A stretch of 64,000 nucleotides of DNA from Magnetococcales bacterium DC0425bin3. GTDB lineage: Bacteria > Pseudomonadota > Magnetococcia > Magnetococcales > DC0425bin3. Of this stretch, positions 25,622 through 33,075 are shown piece by piece. Made by a program: the position numbers and the translations under genes. Position 1 is the stretch's first letter. Each line of letters starts with the position of its first letter. The notes beneath the pieces are model-generated. The model saw only the letters and a list, made by a program, of their open reading frames with translations, searched no databases and was not told where the DNA came from. Where the stretch lies: contig PEAP01000006.1 in assembly GCA_002753665.1 (NCBI GenBank), forward strand, positions 5,680-69,679, read 5' to 3'.

Positions 25622-26566
25622 TCAATGGGCGGGTACGAAGCCTTGCGCGACCAGGATGGCCTGGGCCTCGGGATCCAGGGTCCAGTCCAGGAAAGTCTTC
25701 AGGTCGCCCTGGGGTTGGCCCAGGGTGTAGAGATACAGGGGATGGATCAAGGGATAGGAACGGTCCCGGATCCGCTCCGGGGTGGGGGTGATACAGGCCT
25801 CTCCGGATTGTTCCGCCAGGCACACCGCCCGCACCCCGGAAGTGAGGGAGGACAGGGAAACATAACCGATGGCGCAAGGATCCTCCGCCACCCGGTTCAC
25901 CAGGCCCGGATCATCCCGGGTGAAAGTCAGGCGTCGGGACATGTCTGCGAGATGCGCGCCGAACAGCCGGGCGCGGAAGATGCCATAAATCCCCGCCTTG
26001 GTGGTGCGGCTCAGCGGATGGATCTGTTGCGCCATGCAGCCGGGCAGGGGATTGTCCAGGGCGGTCCAGCGGGCGATGCGCCGGTGTTTTCGGTAGATGC
26101 CGGCCAACTGATCCAGATCCAGGGCCTGGATGCCATTGTCCCGGTGAACGATCACCGCCACCGCATCCCATCCCACCACCTGACCCTGGGGCTTGGCAAA
26201 GCCGCTGGCCACCGCCAATTGGGCTTCCCACTCCTGCATGGTGCGGGAGGTGGCGGCGACATGGCCATGGCCGTTGATCAGGGCCGCAATCCCCTTGACC
26301 GAGCCCCCCCCCTGAATATGCAGGCCGATGTCGGGATGACGTTCGTGGAAGGGCTTGACCCAGGCCTCCAACACCGGCTTCAGGGTTTCGGACCCCCGGA
26401 TCCACAGGGCGGTGTCCTCCTCCCCCAGGGCCCATGCCGACCCACAGCCGCTCATCCAGGTCAGGATCGCCACCAGCCATGCCTTACCGTGGAAGTCGCG
26501 TTGCGACTTCCATCGGTGGAGGGTGGCGGGAGGCTTCCCCCATCCATCAAAGTTACAGGTTCCCAT
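25622..26566 (-). CDS. PstS-family (phosphate-binding-protein-like) periplasmic lipoprotein, orphan
   Basis: PBP-fold sequence (...IRGSETLKPVLEAWVKPFHERHPDIGLHIQGGGSVKGIAALINGHGHVAATSR...). Lipobox-like LTWMSGC. No pstCAB nearby. The only usable in-frame starts (ATG 26566 or TTG 26578) lie upstream of repeat copy E, which is read through in frame. Confidence 0.65.
   Translation of the reverse strand: MGTCNFDGWGKPPATLHRWKSQRDFHGKAWLVAILTWMSGCGSAWALGEEDTALWIRGSETLKPVLEAWVKPFHERHPDIGLHIQGGGSVKGIAALINGHGHVAATSRTMQEWEAQLAVASGFAKPQGQVVGWDAVAVIVHRDNGIQALDLDQLAGIYRKHRRIARWTALDNPLPGCMAQQIHPLSRTTKAGIYGIFRARLFGAHLADMSRRLTFTRDDPGLVNRVAEDPCAIGYVSLSSLTSGVRAVCLAEQSGEACITPTPERIRDRSYPLIHPLYLYTLGQPQGDLKTFLDWTLDPEAQAILVAQGFVPAH
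26484..26553 (-). repeat. two-hairpin ~70-bp repeat, full copy E, inside the 5' end of the PstS-like ORF
   Basis: Plus strand reads TTACCGTGGAAGTCGC-GTT-GCGACTTCCATCGGTGGAGGGTGGCGGGAGGCTTCCCCCATCCATCAAAGT. Confidence 0.85.
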
Positions 26567-26671
26567 TCGGTCGCTCAATCTCACTCTCCTCCGCTGCCAC
26601 CAATCTGACCGATTTGGCAACCACAGTTCAAGAGGTGTTCATGCACCCTGGTCAGGGGATGTTCGCCGCCC

Positions 26672-27850
26672 TCACTGTCCGGTCACCATCAGGGGAGCAT
26701 ATCCGCTGCCCGGCTCGCGAAAATTGGTCACCTGCCCCCGATAGACCCGGGCCGCGGCGGCCAGGATCCGCTGCCGGTAGACGAACAACCGATAATCGGT
26801 CTTCATGGGGGTCTCTGCTCCGCCCAGGACGGTCAGGGACGGGGGCACCCGTTCCTGGACCAGGGTGCGGGCTGGATCCATCTCGCCAAAGCGTTTGCGG
26901 GAAATCTTCTCTCCCAGCAACACCCCCCGGCTGCCCGACTCGGTCACCGGCTTGAAGACCGACTCCCGGCGAATGGCCCAGGCCGCTTCCGGGTTCAAGT
27001 CCGCCAGCAGCCGGGTGGACGGTACCACCGCGCCGATGCGCCGGGCGGTGGCCTCCGGCACCCCCAGTTCGGTGAGCAGGTCGGGGCGGCACCAGAGGAT
27101 CATGCGGCGTTTGTCCGCCAGCAGGCCATAGGCGCGGGGATTGGGGGACAAGCAGACCCGTCCCGCCAGGTAGGCGGCCCGCACCCCGGCCAGAGCCGGC
27201 TCTTCCAGGTAGAAATCACAGTGGCGGTTGTAGATCATCTCCACCGGCGCGCCATGATACCACACGCCCTGTTCCGAGGCGTCCAGCTCCCCTGGATCCA
27301 CCAGATCGGTCGCCACGCCCAGGTGGCGGAACAGCCCGGCCATCATCCTGGTTTCGGGGTAGAGGAACTGCTGCGTTGGCTCGGCATCCATGATCACCAG
27401 ACGCCGCGGCAGGCGGGCCGGACCGCTGGTCCACAGTCCCATCTCCTGGCTGAAGGAGTCCAGCAGATGCAGCAGGGGTCGGTCGCCCAACAGCAAACCC
27501 AGGGGCAGCTGCTCCGGATCGGCCCGGAAATCGGGATAATGGGCCTGGTAGGCCAGCAGACCGCCGCCGGCGTTGGTATTCACCTCGATGAGCCTGGGAC
27601 CCTCGGGAGTCAAATGAAAGTCGTAACCCATCATCACCGCGGCATGGCCGGGATGAAAGCGGGCCACGGCGGGCAGCGCTTCTTCCACCTGGGCCAGATA
27701 GCCGGGCACCGCCAGCAGATCGTCCAGATCCCGGACCAGGCGGATCATGGTCCGCAGATGCCGGCGGGGCAGGGTCACCATGACTGGCGCGGGTGTCCGG
27801 GTGGCGTCAACCATGTCCGGCTCCCGCGGCGACCGGCTCGGTTGTGACAC
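26672..27850 (-). CDS. ATP-grasp-fold ligase-like protein, function unknown
   Basis: Segments such as MMGYDFHLTPEGPRLIEVNTNAGG and ...DYRLFVYRQRILAAAARVY... resemble ATP-grasp/glutathionylspermidine-synthase-like enzymes. The start is uncertain (overlaps the MFS gene end; ATGs at 27814 and 27781 are alternatives). Confidence 0.45.
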   Translation of the reverse strand: MSQPSRSPREPDMVDATRTPAPVMVTLPRRHLRTMIRLVRDLDDLLAVPGYLAQVEEALPAVARFHPGHAAVMMGYDFHLTPEGPRLIEVNTNAGGGLLAYQAHYPDFRADPEQLPLGLLLGDRPLLHLLDSFSQEMGLWTSGPARLPRRLVIMDAEPTQQFLYPETRMMAGLFRHLGVATDLVDPGELDASEQGVWYHGAPVEMIYNRHCDFYLEEPALAGVRAAYLAGRVCLSPNPRAYGLLADKRRMILWCRPDLLTELGVPEATARRIGAVVPSTRLLADLNPEAAWAIRRESVFKPVTESGSRGVLLGEKISRKRFGEMDPARTLVQERVPPSLTVLGGAETPMKTDYRLFVYRQRILAAAARVYRGQVTNFREPGSGYAPLMVTGQ

Positions 27851-29006
27851 CGAAATGTCGGCTGGAAATCAGGCTGGCCACCAACCCTGCCAGGGCCGCC
27901 AGGGCCATGCATTGGAAGAGGAGCTGGGCGCCCCAGGCGTCCTGGATGCGTCCAGCCGCCAGCAGGCCGATGCCCCCACCCACCCCGAAGGACAGGGCGG
28001 CATACCAGGCCTGTCCGGAGGCCCGGTCCCGTTCCGGCACCGCCTCGAAGGTGCGGCGCACCCCGGCGATGTGGAACGTACCGAAGGTGAAGGCGTGGAG
28101 CATCTGGCCAAAAATCAACAGGGGCAGCCAAAGAGTGGCGCTGTAGATGCCCCAACGCAGGGCCGCCAGCGCCAGGGAGACCGCCAGCACGGCGGAAAGA
28201 TTGAACCGTCGCAGCCAGGAGCGGCTCTGGATCATGACCAGCACCTCGGCCACCACCCCCACGGCCCACAGGGCGCCGATGGCGGTGCGGCTGAAGCCGT
28301 TCTGTTCCAGGTGGATCGACATGAATCCATAGTAGGCCCCGTGGGAAAACTGCATCAGCGCGCAGGACAGAAAGAACCAGCGCAACCCGGGGTGGTGCCA
28401 GGGAAACCGTTCCCCGCCCCGCCCGGGCAGGGAGTGATCCTGGGTGGATGGCAGGCGCAGGGTCAACAGGGCGCTGCCGGCCAACAGGGTCAGGGCGGAC
28501 CAGAACACCAGGATCAGGCCCCAGCGGTCCAGGGCCATCCCCAGGCCGGAGGCGAACAGCAGAAACCCCAGGGAGCCCCACAGCCGGATGCGGCCGTAAT
28601 CGCCGTCGGACCGCACCACCGTCTCCATGGTGGTGGCCTCCACCAGGGCCAGGGGACCGGCATGGAACAGGGAGAACAAGACGGTCGCGGCCACCAGGGC
28701 GATGAATTCCCTGGCCGGATAGTAGGACAGGAATCCAATCACCGAGGCCCAGGCGGTGAAGGCCGCCACCCGGTTGCGCACCCCCCGATCGGCCAACCGA
28801 CCCCACAGCGGCAGGAATGCCACCCGCACCCACATGCCCAGGGCCATCAACAGGCCGATGGCGGCGGCATCGAGATTCAGGCTCTTCAGGTAGAGGGGCC
28901 AGTAGGGAATCCACACCCCCAGCATGGCAAAGTGAAAGAAATAATAACCCGAGAGGATCCCGTAAGCGGAACGCGCCGGGTGGGGGCCGTGACCCGGGAC
29001 AGTCAA
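27807..29006 (-). CDS. MFS transporter (HcaT/nucleoside-H+ symporter-like, 12 TM)
   Basis: Polytopic sequence ILSGYYFFHFAMLGVWIPYWPLYL... with an MFS loop motif (LWGRLADRGVRNR). No in-frame ATG is present. TTG 29006 was chosen. The upstream part of ORF 27807..29327 has non-membrane composition. Confidence 0.7.
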   Translation of the reverse strand: MTVPGHGPHPARSAYGILSGYYFFHFAMLGVWIPYWPLYLKSLNLDAAAIGLLMALGMWVRVAFLPLWGRLADRGVRNRVAAFTAWASVIGFLSYYPAREFIALVAATVLFSLFHAGPLALVEATTMETVVRSDGDYGRIRLWGSLGFLLFASGLGMALDRWGLILVFWSALTLLAGSALLTLRLPSTQDHSLPGRGGERFPWHHPGLRWFFLSCALMQFSHGAYYGFMSIHLEQNGFSRTAIGALWAVGVVAEVLVMIQSRSWLRRFNLSAVLAVSLALAALRWGIYSATLWLPLLIFGQMLHAFTFGTFHIAGVRRTFEAVPERDRASGQAWYAALSFGVGGGIGLLAAGRIQDAWGAQLLFQCMALAALAGLVASLISSRHFGVTTEPVAAGAGHG

Positions 29007-29374
29007 GGCCGCCCCCGGAACAGCACCCAGGTGGGCAGCACCAGCACGGCCCCGGTGTCCTCCAGCCGGGTCTCGAATTGGCCATCGCCGTCCTGGTCCA
29101 CCAGATAATAGGGCGCAGCACCCACCGGCAGCCCCTGAATCTGGAACAGGGCGCCGTTGATCCGGAACTCCCGCACCCGATTGCCGGAGCCGTCCTCGTA
29201 GAGCGAGATCTCGGTTTCCGGTCCGGGCAGGGCGGGGTCCATGTCCTCCCGGAGTACCGTGATCAGATCGCCCCGGGCCGGCGGCGTGAACCGCTCCGGC
29301 GGCGCGGCGACGGCCAGCAGTGGCCACAGCCCCAGAACAGCCGGAACCGCGTGCCGCAGCTGCCGCTGCGAGAT
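29003..29374 (-). CDS. small exported protein, DUF2782-like (commonly divergent from polA)
   Basis: Signal-like RHAVPAVLGLWPLLAVAAP, then ...EISLYEDGSGNRVREFRINGALFQIQGLPVGAAPYYLVDQDGDGQFE.... The start codon is unresolved (CTG 29359 or ATC 29374; no ATG/GTG nearby). Confidence 0.5.
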   Translation of the reverse strand: MSQRQLRHAVPAVLGLWPLLAVAAPPERFTPPARGDLITVLREDMDPALPGPETEISLYEDGSGNRVREFRINGALFQIQGLPVGAAPYYLVDQDGDGQFETRLEDTGAVLVLPTWVLFRGRP

Positions 29375-29413
29375 GGGGTGGTTCCTGAAAACACAGAAGG
29401 GTATGATGCGGTC

Positions 29414-32131
29414 ATGTCCGAGCAACGTCTGTTCCTGATCGATGGTTCGGGTTACCTCTACCGGGCCTTCTATGGCGTGAAGAACCTGGCCCGCCGGGAC
29501 GGGTTTCCGACCAATGCCATCTTCGGCTTCATCAAGATGGTCCGCAAGGTGGTGGAAGAAGAAGCGCCAGACTCCGTAGCCATGGTGTTCGACGCCAAGG
29601 GGCCCACGTTTCGCCATGGGTTGTACGACCAGTACAAGGCCACCCGCAAGCCCATGCCCGATGAATTGCGGGTGCAAGTGCCGATCATCCGGGAGGCGGT
29701 GGCGGCCTGGAACATCCCCATTCTGGAACAACCGGGCTTCGAGGCCGACGACATTTTGGCCACCCTGGCCCGCCAGGGGCGGGAGGCGGGCTGGTCGGTG
29801 ACCATCGTCACCGGCGACAAGGACCTGATGCAGATGGTCGGCACCGGCATCCGCATCCTGGACACCGCCAAGGAGCGGTGGATCGATTCCCCCCAGGTCG
29901 AGGAGTTCTGGGGCGTGCCGCCAGCCCTGGTCACCGACGTGATGGGATTGTGCGGCGACAATTCGGACAACATACCCGGCGTCCCCCAGATCGGCCCCAA
30001 AATCGCCGCCCAGTTGATCCGGGAGTTCGGCAGTCTGGACCATCTGCTGGCCAACACCGCCGCCATCCACCAGCCCAAACGCCGCGCGAACCTGGAGGCC
30101 TTCGCCGACCAGGCGCGGCTGTCACGCCGCCTGGCCACCCTGGACACCACGGTCGAACTGCCCCTGACGGTGGCCGACCTGCAACGCCGGGCCCCGGACC
30201 CGCAGCAGTTGGAACGCCTCTATACCGCCATGGAGTTCCACTCCCTGCTCCAGGAGCTGCGGTCTCGGCCGGCGGTCGCAACCACCACCCAGTCACCCGA
30301 GCTCGCGGCGGTGGCGAACGATTACCGGACCGTCACCACCCCGGCAGCGTTCCAGGCCTTCCTGAGCGAATTGCAGGCCCAGAAGGCCTTTTCCGTCGAT
30401 TCGGAAACCACCAGCATCGACCCGGTCCAGGCGCGACTGGTGGGGCTGTCCTTTGCCTGGCGGGCCCACCAAGCCTGGTACCTGCCCGTGGCCCACCAGC
30501 CGGCGGCGGCCCCGGACGGCCAGTTGGATCGGGACCTGGTTCTGGCGGCCCTCAAGCCGATTCTGGAAGACCCGGAGGTGGCCAAGACCGGGCAGAACAT
30601 CAAATACGAGTATGTGGTGTTCCGCAACCATGGCATCGTCCTGCGGGGCATCTCCCGGGATGCCATGCTCCTATCCCACCTGATCTTCGGTCCGACCCGG
30701 CGGCACAATCTGGACGCCATTGCCCTGGACCTGCTGGGGCGCACCACCATTTCCTTCAAGGAAGTCGCGGGGCGGGGCCAGAAGGCGGTCACCTTCGACC
30801 ATGTGCCCCTGGACCAGGCCGCCCCCTATGCCTGCGAGGACGCCGAGGTGGCCTGGCAGGCGGCGGAACGGCTGGAGCCTCAACTGGTCGCCCTGCCGGG
30901 GGTGGCCCGGCTGTGCCGCGAGCTGGAGCTGCCCCTGATCCCGGTGCTGGGAGAGATGGAACTGGCCGGCGCCCTGGTCGACCGGAGGGTGCTGGAACAC
31001 CTGTCGGGGCTCTTCAGCCAGCGGCGGGAGGTCCTGGTCAAGACCATTCATGAACTGGCCGGCGAGATGTTCAACGTCAACTCCACCCAGCAACTGGGGG
31101 AGATTCTGTTCAGCGCCGACAGGCTGGGACTCAAGGGCGGCAAACGCACCAAGACCGGTTTTTCCACCGACCTGTCGGTCCTCACCCGCCTGGCGGACCA
31201 GGGGCACGCGCTGCCGGCCCGGGTGCTGGAATACCGCACCCTGACCAAGCTGCAATCCACCTACACCGACGCCCTCATCGGGCTGATCAACCCGGCCACC
31301 GGGCGGGTGCATACCAGCTACAATCAGGCGGTCACCCTCACCGGCCGGCTCTCGTCGTCGGACCCCAACCTGCAGAACATCCCCATCCGCTCCGAGGAGG
31401 GGCGGGCCATCCGCGCCGCCTTCATCGCCCCCCCCGGCTGGGTGCTGATTGCCGCGGACTACAGCCAGATCGAACTGCGGCTGCTGGCCCACCTGGGCGA
31501 GGTGCCCCGGCTGCGGGAGGCCTTTGCCCAGGGCGGGGACATCCATACCGCCACCGCCATCGAGCTGTTCGGCACCCGGCCGGACGCCGTGACCCCCGAG
31601 CAGCGGCGCATGGCCAAGACCATCAATTTCGGCCTGATCTACGGCATGAGCCCCTTCGGCCTGGCCAAACGGCTGGGAATTTCCAATCCGGAGGCCCGGG
31701 CCTACATGGATCTCTACTTCCGCCGTTATGCCGGGGTAAAGGAATTCATGCAGCGCACCATCCGCCAGGCCCGCGCCAACGGCTATGTGGAGACCATCGG
31801 CGGCCGACGCTGCCCGATCCGGGACATCGACAGCAGCAACCGCACCCTGCGGGAGCTGGCCGAGCGCACCGCCATCAACGCGCCCATCCAGGGCTCGGCC
31901 GCCGACCTGATCAAGCGGGCCATGGTGGTCCTGCATCGATCCCTGAAGGATTTTGGCCTGCGGACCCGCATGCTCCTCCAGGTCCATGACGAACTGGTCC
32001 TGGAGGCCCCCGAGGAGGAACGGGAGACGGTGATCCCCCTGATCCGCCGCACCATGGAAGACGTGATGCCTCTGGCGGTGCCCCTGACGGTGGACGTGGG
32101 GCAGGGAACCAACTGGGCCGAAGCCCATTGA
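29414..32131 (+). CDS. polA: DNA polymerase I
   Basis: 5'-nuclease N-terminus MSEQRLFLIDGSGYLYRAFYG, 3'-5' exonuclease region, polymerase motifs DYSQIELRLLAHL and QVHDELVLE. 905 aa. Confidence 0.95.
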   Translation: MSEQRLFLIDGSGYLYRAFYGVKNLARRDGFPTNAIFGFIKMVRKVVEEEAPDSVAMVFDAKGPTFRHGLYDQYKATRKPMPDELRVQVPIIREAVAAWNIPILEQPGFEADDILATLARQGREAGWSVTIVTGDKDLMQMVGTGIRILDTAKERWIDSPQVEEFWGVPPALVTDVMGLCGDNSDNIPGVPQIGPKIAAQLIREFGSLDHLLANTAAIHQPKRRANLEAFADQARLSRRLATLDTTVELPLTVADLQRRAPDPQQLERLYTAMEFHSLLQELRSRPAVATTTQSPELAAVANDYRTVTTPAAFQAFLSELQAQKAFSVDSETTSIDPVQARLVGLSFAWRAHQAWYLPVAHQPAAAPDGQLDRDLVLAALKPILEDPEVAKTGQNIKYEYVVFRNHGIVLRGISRDAMLLSHLIFGPTRRHNLDAIALDLLGRTTISFKEVAGRGQKAVTFDHVPLDQAAPYACEDAEVAWQAAERLEPQLVALPGVARLCRELELPLIPVLGEMELAGALVDRRVLEHLSGLFSQRREVLVKTIHELAGEMFNVNSTQQLGEILFSADRLGLKGGKRTKTGFSTDLSVLTRLADQGHALPARVLEYRTLTKLQSTYTDALIGLINPATGRVHTSYNQAVTLTGRLSSSDPNLQNIPIRSEEGRAIRAAFIAPPGWVLIAADYSQIELRLLAHLGEVPRLREAFAQGGDIHTATAIELFGTRPDAVTPEQRRMAKTINFGLIYGMSPFGLAKRLGISNPEARAYMDLYFRRYAGVKEFMQRTIRQARANGYVETIGGRRCPIRDIDSSNRTLRELAERTAINAPIQGSAADLIKRAMVVLHRSLKDFGLRTRMLLQVHDELVLEAPEEERETVIPLIRRTMEDVMPLAVPLTVDVGQGTNWAEAH

Positions 32132-32146
32132 GTGGACGATACGGGG

Positions 32147-32890
32147 ATGCCGGTCTTCCGCCTGCCTGAAGAACCTCTCTTTCCACCCGTCGCCTTCGCC
32201 GAACCCAATGGCCTGTTGGCGGTGGGGGGGGATCTGACCCCGCGGCGGCTGCTGGCCGCCTACCGCAACGGCATTTTCCCCTGGTATTCCCCGGGGGAAC
32301 CCCTGCTGTGGTGGAGCCCCCACCCCCGCATGGTTCTCAAGCCGGAATGGCTGCACATCCCCCGCAGCCTGCGCAAGACCCTGCGTCAGGGCCGGTTTCA
32401 CGTCACCCTGGACCGGGCCTTTCCCCGGGTGATCGCCGGCTGCGCCGCCGTGCGCCGGGAGACCGGCACCTGGATCACCTCGGAGATGGAAGCCGCCTAT
32501 GGCGACCTCCATCGTCTGGGCCACGCCCATTCCGCCGAGGCCTGGAGCGTCACCCGTCCCGGGATGTTGGTCGGCGGGGTCTATGGGGTGGCCATCGGCG
32601 GCTGTTTCTTCGGCGAATCCATGTTTCATCTGGAACCGGAGGCCTCCAAATGCGCTTTCGCGGTCCTGATGGAACACCTGAGGCAGCGGGGCTTCTCCCT
32701 GGTGGACTGCCAGATGAATACCCACCACCTGGCCCGTTTCGGTGCCCGGGAAGTGCCCCGGACCCGGTTCATGGCGGACCTGGATCTGGCCCTGTCCGTG
32801 CCGATCCCGCCGGGCCCCTGGGCCAGAGAGGTTTCTCCTGCCCCTTCGGACCTGCTCCAGCCCGCGCATTCCCCTCCCCCGGTGTCCTGA
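32147..32890 (+). CDS. aat: leucyl/phenylalanyl-tRNA--protein transferase
   Basis: LLAAYRNGIFPWYSPGEPLLWWSPHPRMVL and GESMFH motifs typical of Aat. ATG 32147 is preferred over GTG 32132. Confidence 0.85.
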   Translation: MPVFRLPEEPLFPPVAFAEPNGLLAVGGDLTPRRLLAAYRNGIFPWYSPGEPLLWWSPHPRMVLKPEWLHIPRSLRKTLRQGRFHVTLDRAFPRVIAGCAAVRRETGTWITSEMEAAYGDLHRLGHAHSAEAWSVTRPGMLVGGVYGVAIGGCFFGESMFHLEPEASKCAFAVLMEHLRQRGFSLVDCQMNTHHLARFGAREVPRTRFMADLDLALSVPIPPGPWAREVSPAPSDLLQPAHSPPPVS

Positions 32891-33075
32891 CCGGCCTGCC
32901 GACCGAACAGCCATCTTCGGTCCGAAGATTGCATGGCTGCCTCATAGACCATTGACAGAAGGCGGTTCCGGGTGTCCTCCCGACCCTTGCGGGCCGGCGC
33001 TATTAATGGCTGAGATCAAGCGGTTATCCGGAATTGCACCATTCCGGACCGGTCAACCCATTGACGGCAAGGTAG

